From assembly GCA_030248215.1 (NCBI GenBank), contig JASANG010001409.1:62001-126000 (forward strand): a DNA stretch of 64,000 nt, written 5' to 3'. The position numbers were made by a program, and so were the translations under genes. Of this stretch, positions 55,901 to 64,000 are shown piece by piece (position 1 is the stretch's first letter; every line of letters starts with the position of its first letter). This DNA is from Enoplolaimus lenunculus (lineage: Eukaryota). Under the pieces are notes generated by a model, which was not told where the DNA came from, made no database searches, and saw nothing but the letters and a program-made list of their open reading frames with translations.

Positions 55901-58900
55901 GTTATCGGAACGTCGCAAAATGAACACCACTATAAGTCTTTGCGGTCAAGGCTCATATTGTCAATTGCGTACATCATCAATCACCAGTTAGCGATAGGTT
56001 TTCAAACTGACAAAAATCTGCAATTCCGATTCGGTCCAGAACTAAGACAAATCTAATGCAATAAATGTGCTAAATTTCGGATTTCATCTTTACCTGGTTC
56101 GAAAGCTAGAAGACCTATCAGCAACAGGTGATAAATGCTGCCCACATTGGAGACCATGAAACAGGGATCAACACAAAAAATATTGCATTCCGTAAAAATG
56201 CGTCCTGGTATATAAGCAAGTCCAGTGCAGGTAAAACAAGAACGATGAACAGGTATGGCGTTATGGAACTGCAAAAACGTACCATCCATCGGATGAATTA
56301 TGTTCCTTGGGCGCTTAATAGGCAGTATTTAATCTCAACAAATTATTTTTAGCGACCAAAACACTTAACCATTAATCATGGACGGAGCCAGGATTTTCGA
56401 TTTAAAAGGCACACAAATACTTTAAATATATATAGTGTGTTAATCGTATAAAAACACCTACTACACACAACAACAACAACGCATGAGAAAATATATTTTG
56501 GTACTTACACCATCACTAAAGCAATGTTGGTTCAGAATAGAAGTGCAACAACAACTGTTGTTTGGGAATAAAACGCACATAAGATGATAGCTTTAATTTA
56601 TTCAAAAATGAAATTTTGCCGAAACCATTGGGAGTCCATGGGCCCGTTGGCCCTACTGGCTACGCTCCTGCCCTTAGGTTGCAGTTAGACTAATTCTAAT
56701 AATTGTAAAACTGTTTATTCTTCTCGGCTTTTCAAGAATTTCAGGGGGTTCAAATTTCTAGTATCAGGACGTTCGACTTGAATTAAGGGAATTCTTACTT
56801 GCTGAATGAGTGCATACACAGCGAAACGTTTCAACGCTTGTTTCAACACAGGTTTCTCCAGGTGCACAATTATGCGACGAACACGGATATTTAAATAAAC
56901 AATTTGGTTCGATATCATGTGATACTAAAATTTCCTAAAATTCAACAAAATAGTTTACCAGGATGCATTCTGTGAGCACCAGGAGGCGGATCTACCCCGA
57001 GACTTTTGAGAGCTGTAAATAAATAGTTCCTACCCCACAGTTCGCTGATTTTGTGTGGCTTTCTACTACCATTCAAATTAAATTGAAAAATATTCAAAGT
57101 ATAAAATGTTTAAACAAATGTTAACGAATTTTTCATCACTGTTTCGTGCTGTGGAGTCTACTCGGGCCCGTAGCCAAGGGGGGGCAGGGGTGCTCAGGCC
57201 CCCCGGAAAAATTTCGACCCCCCTGGAAAGTTTTCAACCTTGCTTGTAGCTCATTGAAAAGCCTTGAATGCCTCTCCTGAAAAATGTTCATCCCGTCTAG
57301 CAAGGTGAGCTGGCTATGGGCCTAGGGCTACTTTTATAGTTTTATGAAATGAACGCATTGATTATATTCTGTAGTTATAGGCTTGCCGCTATGGCACTCG
57401 GTACGGCAAAAATATTTTATTAAACATTCCCGCACGTCGCCGTGCGCAACCGAATAGATTTTGCCTATATTTTGGTTATCAACGTATAGCGGCGTGTTGC
57501 GGCTCGCGGCAACGTCCGGCATTGTAAAATATAGCGTAATCCATTTTGTTCAAAAATTATCGCTAACTGGTAATACATTTAAAATAATATTTCTGACATT
57601 TAAGAAACAATTTCTTACATTTAACAAATATAATTAGCAAGGTGCGCTTGAAAAGTATTTCTGTTATAACGGAAAAGATTTCAAAAATGCTTTGAAGCAA
57701 ACGCTGAAAATAAACGTTTTACAGTTATGTTTAGAAAAATTGTCTTTTAAATATCAGAAAAACAAACTGTTCAATTTGCCATAGACAATACTTTTCTGAA
57801 TAAATTCAGAAATGCTTTTTTGTGTGTAGATGCTAATAATTATTTGAAAATACGGTTGCAAAACTTACGTTTAGATTAAGCTGTCGATAATTGAAAATAA
57901 TATCATCAATACAGCCTTCAAATGACACTTCCGGCGACTTCCTTATGACCGACAATGTTGTTGGTTCCGGTTTACTAATATGTCGCTGTGGCAGGGCTCC
58001 AAGCCTAATCCTACGATCAAAATTTTGCGATATTAACTGTAGAAATTTTGCCGAATTTTGTTGGTGACGAATTTGACACGTTTCAGAATTAGCACCAATC
58101 AATAATTGGACAGTGAACAAATAGGCTGCGGCGTTCGTAGTGGACAATTGCCTTGTCACGCGAGATTTTGCCGAAGTAAACAACAGGCGGACGCCGATAC
58201 GATGCCATCGTGCGTTCGCGATTGGTTGTGACGATTTACACGTCCATGACCGTACTGGATTTTGATTGGACAAAACGTCGTGTGGTGAGGTATCGAACGG
58301 AATGCGGATTAGCAGATGTCCACTGTGGATACTGAAAAACCGTCAAAGACAATATGGTAAATTAAGAGCGATGAAATAATTCTAACAAATTACCTTTCTC
58401 CGAAATAGGCTCTACGGGACTACACAAACGCAGCTGAATCCGACTCCGCCAGAGTCAAACGTGCGATTCAGTGAGTCGAATTTGACTTTGGCGGCGTCGA
58501 ATTTGACTGTTTCTGTAGTCCCGTAATACCTACTTCGAAGAGAGTCAATTTGACTTTACCATTTTTTGCAGTGTAAATTGTATATATCGCTCTTGTTGTA
58601 TTTGCATGCCCTATTGAGGAAAAACTAATTATCTGGCTGGTAAGGGGAGTCTTTAGGCTTTCAGTAAACGAATTTTATCTATTTTTGCTTTACATATTTT
58701 GGGTTCAACGAATCTATAACCACTTTAACCACAACAGTAACATAAGCATATTCCTAAGCTTAAGCCCTGGCCGAAACCTACGCATACAAATGAACTTATA
58801 TTTAAGCCTAAGCAAAAATGATATCTAAAGCTTAAGCTTACTCTATCCCAATCCCGCGAGAAAAACGTTCCGTCTCTGATCTTTACACAGGGTCCATATT

Positions 58901-61900
58901 TTAAAAATTGTAAAGAAAGTCACTCAGTACCTGTACAATTTACACTGTGACAGCTGATTGGTTCATAGTTGAAAAATACAGCTTATAACCGAAAAAACTT
59001 ACAATATTGAAACGCTTTGGATTGCGATCCAATGACGAACTGAACGTTGATTTAGATGATCAACAGTGGAGACGGTTGCAATATGAGCATTAATAGATTG
59101 AGTTCTTAACTCGAAGCTAAAATCAAACGTATTTCCGTGTTGCTCGCCGCCGAAATCGAATACTGCAAACGATGTATTTTGGGTAAATGTAAGCCCGTCG
59201 GCTACTTGCGACGCGTGTTCGTTGATAGGTTGCGCTGTTGGCAGTAGGTTGTAAGCTTGCGTTGAAATTGTCGATTTCAAAGCGACCGGAGTTGAAAACA
59301 ACGAATGACAGCCAAGTTCGACGTGGTACAAGTAGACAGCGCTGAAATATTACGTGGAAATAGTGAAATAATACACAATGTTCAGTGTTTAACAATTATG
59401 GTGTGTACGTCATGGTTTGGTGTCAGCGTATAATTGCAGTATAATCAGTGATCAGTGGCAGATGCAGAAATTTCTGATGGCGCATATAAAGAACTGGTGC
59501 GTCCCAATTTCCTCGGGTAATATCCCAATTACCCAAAAATCCTAATTTCCCGGGTAATATCTCAGAGTGTGCAACTCTTGGGGTTCCGCATGGTACAAGA
59601 TGTACCACCGGGTGTTGCGTTTTTTGGCCGACCCCCCTTGTTTAGAGGGGAGTGGTTGTCACATAAATACTCCTATATTAAACTATAAGGAGAGCATATT
59701 TGACACCGCATACGCCATGATTTGATGTCAGCGTAATTCCAATATAATCAGTCATTAGTGGCGGATCCAGAACTTTGTAGTGGCCAATGTAAAGAACAAG
59801 TCCCTTCCAATTTCCTGAGTATTCCAACTTTATGAGTAATATCCCAATTATCCAAAATCCTAATATTCTTGGTAATATCCCAATTTTTTTTAAAAGCTTA
59901 GGCTATTCACACATTTTAAAACTTGTTAAAGCACATTGAAAATTAGTTGTGTTGAGTTTCGAGGCGAAACCCCTAAACAACTGTCAAAATTTTGAGATAT
60001 CGGAACGAAAATTTGCATTGTACGCTTGATTTGAACCCTGAAAAAAATTACACTCGGCAGCCGGGGGGATGCATCTCCCATCCCCAATAGATCCAGCCCA
60101 GAATGCATAATACAAGAGCGAGTAACTCTTGGGGTGCCGCACGGCCCAAAATGTTCCACCGGGCGTTGCGTTTTTGGCCGACCCCCATGTTTAGAGAGGG
60201 GTTGCTATCACATAAATACCCCTAAATTAAAGTATAAGGGAAGCATGTTTGACGCCGCATACACAAAATGCCATGATTCACACCGGTTGTACCCACCTCT
60301 AAAGGAAGGGGGTTGTGCAAAAACGCAACGCCTGCCTGGTACATTCTTTTCCACTCAGAATGTGTCCAGTTGCATACTCTTGTTAAATAGCGATTATCCA
60401 CTCTTTATGATGATCGCTGAAACATTTGGAGTTGAATTGTAACACTGACATCGAGAACGCTTCAGCGGTCATGAAACAAGTTGAAACGGATATCTGGTTT
60501 ATACATGTTATTGCCTATGCCCCCCATATAATAAATTTGATATGAAAGTTAATGCAGGCACCGAGACGACCGAGACTCAGCACAGAGGACCACTGTCCCC
60601 CGAGGTCAACTGTATTCAACGAGTTACCACCTGTGTGGTTCAGGAGGAAGACCCTGTGATTGATATATTACAATTGCCCCATGTTTACTATCACGAATTT
60701 ATTTGACGTCATCTCTTGTTCTGTAGAAACTTATAATTTGATTTAGAACAAACGAAATTTTGCTAATTTTTTTAGAGTTGGCTAAAGATTCGTTGACTAA
60801 ATTCGAGTTTAAACCCGTTTACAATGCGATACCACCGTCATCGGTCGACAATTGGTAAGTCAGGCCCGTCGGCTCATTTTGCTAGGGGGATTTCAACAGG
60901 AGCATGCAAGAGTTTTCGTTGACTTACAAGCAAGGTTGAGCGTTTTCTAGGGGGGCAACAATTTTCTAGGGGGGCTAAGCCCCCCCCCCCTGCACCCCTT
61001 GGTTGCGGGCCCATGGTAATCTCGACATTAACTACTTAAGACTTAGGCAAGTAAAACAAGCACCGAAACACTTACGTATGTTTATTGGTCGTTGTTGGCT
61101 TGGGTTTAACAGAGTTGGAGATGGCTTTTGGCACAACGGTCAGAAGTTGAATTCCGTTAAACCGGACATCGGCCAAGCAACCACGAAATGGGTTTGAAAT
61201 GAAAAATACTGAAACCGGAAGTCCACCAGTTCCCGGTTCACCACCGGTTGTGTCCGCAATGAAAAAACCTTCTCGGATGCGGAGAGGCTAAAAAGGAATA
61301 ATTTTTAATCATTAATTAAACATATATTTATATTAAATATCTATACTACTGTCATATAACACGGAACAGGGCCAGAGCAGCCACCCTCCATCCCTTCATT
61401 TGGGGGTCCACCCCTAAAGGGACCCCCACCCTAACCGATCGTAACAGAAACCGCCGAAACTTAAAATGCGTCTGGCTTCTTGATCGCTTCGCTCGCGAGT
61501 TTTGGGGGTTGCCTCAACCCTGTCAGCTCTGGCACTGATACTAAATAACGCAATCACAAAATGGCATACCAACATATTTTGCCTATTACACACTTCGATC
61601 AACATTTACGCCTAGACATCAGCTTTTATACGCTTAGGCATAGCAAAAAGCATTCGTATGCCAAGGTCTAACCCTTTGCCTAAACCAGTTCCTGAGCCTA
61701 TGGGCCTAAGCCTAATCACTATGGAAAGGTAGAGTCTAAACGTGATATACAGCGCTTTGTTTTTGAATGTTTGATATATCTGCAGCTACAGGTATTCAGC
61801 TGTTAAACATGGCCCCAAGCACACTGCAAAAAGTCGGGAGTCAAATTGACTCTCTCCGAAATAGGCTCAACGGGACTACACAACCTGAGTCAAATTCGAC

Positions 61901-63219
61901 GCTGCCAAAGTCAAACGTGCGACTCCGTTACTCGAATTTGATTCTGTCACAGTGGATTTTGACTCAGTTTGTGTAGTCCCGTAGAGCCTATTTCGGAGAG
62001 ACCCAATTTGATTCACTATTTTTTACAGTGCACTTACTTTTCCACGTAAGCTGTGTCGAGCAACAAATTGACTTGAACGACCGTCAATGTTGAGCATAAA
62101 CGAGTCTCCTGTCCGTCGAAATCCAATCCGATGCCAGTTTAAATCATTGAGCAACGGTAACTCTTGTGGCGATAGAAATTGTACCGTCGGAGTCGAATGT
62201 ATCTTGTAGACCACCTGAAAAACGGCAAAAAACATCTAAGCGTACACAATAGTAAAGAGACGATGCTAATATCGTTGTAAACAGATCTCGCAGTCACCTC
62301 GGGCACAACAACGGTATTACAATTAATTTATCTGCCTTACAACTTGTCAAATTAACATTGGATCAGAAATTTTACTCAAATTTCAGACGAAATTTCAAAA
62401 TATTTTGAAACTGCGGGTCGTTTCCGAGCAGAGCTAAGTAAATTTTGTAGCAAACAGTCGCGTGACTGGCGCAACGTAGGCTGAACTTAAGCATTTATTC
62501 CAAAATAAAAAGTTGTCTAAATTTCTATTTTTTCAAATAATAACGAGAAAGGGTTGCGATATTACTTTTGTTGACGTCCCACCGTCCGGCCGTCGTGCGT
62601 CACTCGTACGGCGCCGTTCGTCACCGTGGGGTATCGTACGCAAATTTACTCACGTACGATAACTTATGGTACGAACAACGACGGACGGGGGATGCGTATG
62701 TCGCCCGATGACGGACGGGGCCGAACGGATGACACACGGTAACGGATGGCACCGTACAGGTGACGGACGGCGCCGGACGTCACGTATAGCGTAACTCAAA
62801 GCGTTATATAACAACAAGGATTTTGTAACTGAGGTCAAAGCGAACGAAATTTTACCAAAGGTTTCAAAATTTGTTATTTCTGTTCATAAATATATATTTG
62901 CTAAAAGCCAAATTTGATTCACAAAACGAGCCAATGGGTATGAGCAGGTCCAATGAACCATTATACCGCCTACCGTCTGCTTTAAACAGTACCTTTATTC
63001 GGCCATTATGTAACAATATCGCACAATAAGCCGGTCCGCCGGAAGCAAGCAGTAGTAGGCCTTTGGCGTGGCTTGTTTTGAACCAAACATCAGCTGTGGT
63101 TAATGGTTCATTTTTGAACGGCAATTGAGATTTGGTTGAAATATTTGGATTCAAACTCGATTCAACTTCAAGTGCTGCTTGCTTTGAAACGTAGACAATA
63201 CTGTCTCCAAATGCTGTTA
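13974..63219 (-). CDS. CSPG4: CSPG4/NG2/Kon-tiki(Perdido)-family transmembrane proteoglycan, 5'-partial. Exons: 63219-62993, 62214-62038, 61287-61076, 59341-59003, 58331-57869, [56268-56094 uncertain], 55388-54742, 54011-53760, 52350-52116, 51694-51464, 49778-49513, 48562-48155, 46459-46280, 45358-45184, 43954-43724, 43048-42773, 41413-41264, 40112-39894, 38767-38588, 37594-37466, 35047-34937, 33063-32973, 30151-29962, 28557-28449, 27619-27242, 25894-25681, 24347-24217, 23249-22942, 21969-21762, 21083-20773, 19257-19057, 18100-17989, 16446-16331, 15410-13974
   Basis: The hand-spliced exons give one continuous frame of ~3029 codons. N-terminal LamG motifs: [60 protein letters not shown]. Recurrent CSPG-repeat motifs: [74 protein letters not shown] helix [22 protein letters not shown]-terminal QYWV is the known NG2/Kon PDZ-binding end. 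No signal-peptide exon was found in the window. Confidence 0.93.
16331..16446 (-). CDS. CSPG4: CSPG4-like transmembrane exon
   Basis: TTTTGTTTCAG|GA...TGCAAG|GTAAGT. It encodes (G)[38 protein letters not shown] and is not in the supplied ORF track. Confidence 0.9.
16580..17125. repeat. A/C-only low-complexity tract, probable sequencing or assembly artefact
   Basis: Aperiodic, almost G/T-free sequence with long A runs. Confidence 0.7.
17370..17981. mobile_element. Two family A telomeric MITE copies (~17370-17511 reverse; 17677-17981)
   Basis: Family termini and CCTAAG arrays. The second copy abuts the donor site of CSPG4 exon 18100-17989. Confidence 0.82.
18268..18523. repeat. Diverged ~52-bp tandem repeat, 5 copies, each with GCCAATCA
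   Basis: CCAATCA recurs at ~18283, 18334, 18387, 18439 and 18491. Confidence 0.85.
19348..20400. repeat. 31-bp minisatellite TATCGAAGAAGATGCAAGTTCCGGTGGTTC(C/T), ~34 copies
   Basis: Direct reading; the units are near-identical. Confidence 0.95.
20529..20731. mobile_element. Family A telomeric MITE
   Basis: GGCCAATGTAAACAACAGGGGCGGAAC...GTTCCGCCCCTGATCTTTACATGGGCC with an internal CCTAAG array. Confidence 0.88.
22124..22298. mobile_element. Family B telomeric MITE
   Basis: Family B TIRs; TSD GCAAAACT/GGAAAACA. Confidence 0.82.
23255..23420. repeat. (AAT/ACT)n microsatellite
   Basis: Direct reading. Confidence 0.9.
27671..29005. mobile_element. Two family A telomeric MITEs (27671-28041 reverse; 28617-29005) flanking CSPG4 exon 28557-28449
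   Basis: TIRs present. The first copy has TSD GACAGTTT/AATAGTTT and a (CTTAGG)n array with spacer AATAGGCTCATCCATACG. The second carries a more degenerate hexamer array. Confidence 0.85.
30210..30525. mobile_element. MITE family H (ends CAAGAGTG; inner CAAGAGTGTGCAACTGGGTAC); also ~5247-5726, 59563-59730, 60106-60403, partial ~39290-39370 and 63432-63470
   Basis: Nested inverted termini and a homologous interior (TTGCGTTTTTGGCCGACCCCC..GTTTAGAGGGGGTCGTTGTCACAT). Flanks are GCAAAAT/GTAAAAT. Confidence 0.78.
30695..32295. repeat. ~1.6-kb telomere-derived minisatellite, 52-bp unit GGTATAGGCTTATCAATACGCTTAGGCTTAGGTTAGCCATAGGCTTAGGTTT, ~30 copies
   Basis: Direct reading of tandem units. The flanks (ACTAATTTTTGCCTAA at left, TACTGTTACGG at right) resemble telomeric-MITE subterminal blocks. 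Confidence 0.92.
33092..33282. mobile_element. Family A telomeric MITE (reverse)
   Basis: TIRs present; TSD CAATGTTT/CAAAGTTT. Confidence 0.85.
34712..34792 (-). pseudogene. tRNA-derived sequence (A box TGGCGCAGTGG, B box GTTCGATCC)
   Basis: Pol III internal boxes at tRNA spacing; the anticodon arm does not pair. Confidence 0.55.
35183..35985. mobile_element. Telomeric-repeat MITE family A, largest intact copy (~800 bp)
   Basis: Ends are GGACCATGTATAGAACAGGGCCGGAAC and GATCCGGCCCTTTTCTATGCATTGGCC (TIRs). Both sides carry a perfect 8-bp direct repeat GTTTCATC. The interior is (CCTAAG)n punctuated by CGTATGGATGAGCCTATT. Confidence 0.9.
36620..36867. mobile_element. Palindromic MITE family D (TIR CACTGCAAAAAATGGTGAGTCAAATTGACTCTCTCCGAAATAGGCT); other copies ~23982-24183, 24444-24755, 34390-34552, 43300-43509, 58395-58574, 61822-62030
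   Basis: Long, near-perfect inverted arms rich in GAGTCAAA/TTTGACTC, seen repeatedly. Confidence 0.85.
38860..39145. mobile_element. Family A telomeric MITE with tandemly duplicated right end
   Basis: TIRs present; the ~75-bp right-end block occurs twice (~38990-39063 and ~39064-39145); TSD GCAAAACG/GCAAAACT. Confidence 0.8.
41654..41726 (-). pseudogene. tRNA-like sequence (pseudo-tRNA, apparent GGT anticodon)
   Basis: GGTTGCGTAGATCAGTGGTTAGAGCAGCGGACCGGTAATCCGTACGTCATGGGTTCAAGCCCCACCGCATCCG folds as a cloverleaf with single mismatches in the acceptor, D and T stems. A and B boxes are present. Confidence 0.65.
41791..41935. mobile_element. Family B telomeric MITE (reverse)
   Basis: Family B TIRs; TSD CGTATATG/CATATATG. 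Confidence 0.82.
42553..42723. mobile_element. MITE family G (TIR C(A/G)GGCCCGTAGCCA, 8-bp TSD; hAT-like); also ~3565-3710, 3783-3992, 7715-7880, 21475-21630, 25142-25299, 32738-32903, 33701-33840, 45430-45599, 57163-57324, 60861-61013
   Basis: ~150-210-bp elements with a conserved interior (TTTTCAACCTTGCTTGTAACTCATTGAAAACCCTT; TAGCAAGGTGAGCTGGCTACGGGCC). TSDs include CTACTAGT/TTACTAGT and GTCTGGTT/GTCTAGTC. Confidence 0.82.
44003..45171. mobile_element. MITE family E (TIR TA-CTGTAGTGACCCGAATAAG), two inverted copies ~44003-44454 and 44732-45171; also 10171-10488 and 40767-41216
   Basis: Shared termini ...CTTATTCGGGTCACTACAGTA and a homologous ~300-450-bp interior. Confidence 0.85.
45667..45904. 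mobile_element. Family B telomeric MITE (reverse)
   Basis: Family B TIRs; TSD GCATAATT/GCAGAATT. Confidence 0.82.
48610..48971. mobile_element. MITE family F (TIR GGCTGGGTTTCTGAAACC, 3-bp AWT TSD; PIF/Harbinger-like); also 26761-27163 and 40306-40674
   Basis: TIRs are read directly, and the 48610 copy has AAT/AAT flanks. The interior has TACTTAAGTA motifs. The superfamily is inferred from TSD length. Confidence 0.78.
49111..49290. mobile_element. Family B telomeric MITE
   Basis: Family B TIRs; TSD GAATAGTT/GAATGGCT. Confidence 0.78.
49820..51190. repeat. 70-bp AT-rich satellite, ~19.5 copies
   Basis: AGTTTGTTAA and minor variants recur at 49861, 49931, 50001 ... 51121. Confidence 0.95.
51192..51375. 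mobile_element. Family B telomeric MITE inserted in the last unit of the 70-bp satellite
   Basis: Family B TIRs; TSD GAAAAGTT/GGAAAGTT. Confidence 0.85.
53450..53648. mobile_element. Family A telomeric MITE (reverse); further partial copies at ~6570-6654, ~42045-42203, ~58733-58895
   Basis: TIRs present; TSD GTACATCC/GTAGATAC. Confidence 0.82.
55479..55756. mobile_element. MITE family I (TIR AGCCCTATTCACACGTGCAAG, TAA/TTAA-flanked); also ~21178-21345, 38130-38409, 46615-46970, 47740-47897
   Basis: Inverted termini and an interior rich in TTGCA/TGCAA motifs shared among copies. Confidence 0.75.
57869..63219 (-). CDS. CSPG4: CSPG4-like N-terminal laminin G domain exons (5 exons)
   Basis: Two LamG signatures are present (F.T....GLL, WH.I/V, F.GC...V/I.FN, ELGC), and exon phases are consistent. 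Confidence 0.85.
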
Positions 63220-63524
63220 CTTAAAATACCAAACAGTATCGGTGGGCATCGGATATTTTTTCATATCCGGATATCCGGTAAGTCTTGCGGATATTTGTTC
63301 GGATATCCGGATATACGTTTCATTTCGGATACATATCCGGATGTTTTTAATATCCGGATACCTGAATATCCGGTGGTGCACAATTAATATTTGGTTGGTT
63401 TAGTATGGCTGACGCTTAATGGTTTAAAGCACGAGTGGATAATCACAAGAGTGCTCAACTGGGTACATTCTACAAGTAATCATCGACTCTTGCTTATTAA
63501 AATAAAGAATTATTGTTAAGGATT

Positions 63525-64000
63525 TTATTAACATTTACTCAAAATAATGTTTTGGATTTTCTTAACATTTACTCAAAATAATGTTTTGGATTTCCTTATC
63601 ATTTACTCAAAATAATGTTTTGGATTTTCTTAACATTTACTCAAAATAATGTTTTGGATTTTCTTAACATTTACTCAAAATAATGTTTTGGATTTTCTTA
63701 ACATTTACTCAAAATAATGTTTTGGATTTTCTTAACATTTACTCAAAATAATGTTTTGGATTTTCTTAACATTTACTCAAAATAATGTTTTGGATTTTCT
63801 TAACATTTACTCAAAATAATGTTTTGGATTTTCTTAACATTTACTCAAAATAATGTTTTGGATTTTCTTAACATTTACTCAAAATAATGTTTTGGATTTT
63901 CTTAACATTTACTCAAAATAATGTTTTGGATTTTCTTAACATTTACTCAAAATAATGTTTTGGATTTTCTTAACATTTACTCAAAATAATGTTTTGGATT
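63525..64000. repeat. 34-bp tandem repeat TTAACATTTACTCAAAATAATGTTTTGGATTTTC, ~14 copies, runs off the window
   Basis: Direct reading. Confidence 0.95.

Overview
AT-rich, intron-rich eukaryotic DNA from a nematode. The evidence is a cuticle collagen with the nematode-specific N- and C-terminal motifs and pervasive TTAGGC telomere-type repeats. The large introns, relaxed splice acceptors and high repeat load suggest a non-Caenorhabditis lineage, but this is inference and the species cannot be fixed. Two minus-strand genes were reconstructed by hand with frame-consistent GT-AG junctions. (1) A complete 5-exon cuticle collagen (6096->351, 313 aa). (2) A ~50-kb CSPG4/NG2/Kon-tiki(Perdido)-family proteoglycan gene (63219->13974, ~34 exons, ~3030 codons in window; 5' end not found in window). 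It has two LamG domains, many CSPG repeats, one TM helix, a ~480-aa cytoplasmic tail and C-terminal QYWV. Introns and intergenic DNA are filled with short non-autonomous inverted-repeat elements, tRNA-derived repeats and minisatellites. The most striking feature is ~25 GGCC-ended elements with ~20-27-bp TIRs and 8-bp target-site duplications (Merlin-like or hAT-like MITEs). Their internal cargo is a variable-length TTAGGC telomeric array, so they look like a transposon system dispersing and expanding interstitial telomeric repeats. No transposase is encoded in the window.
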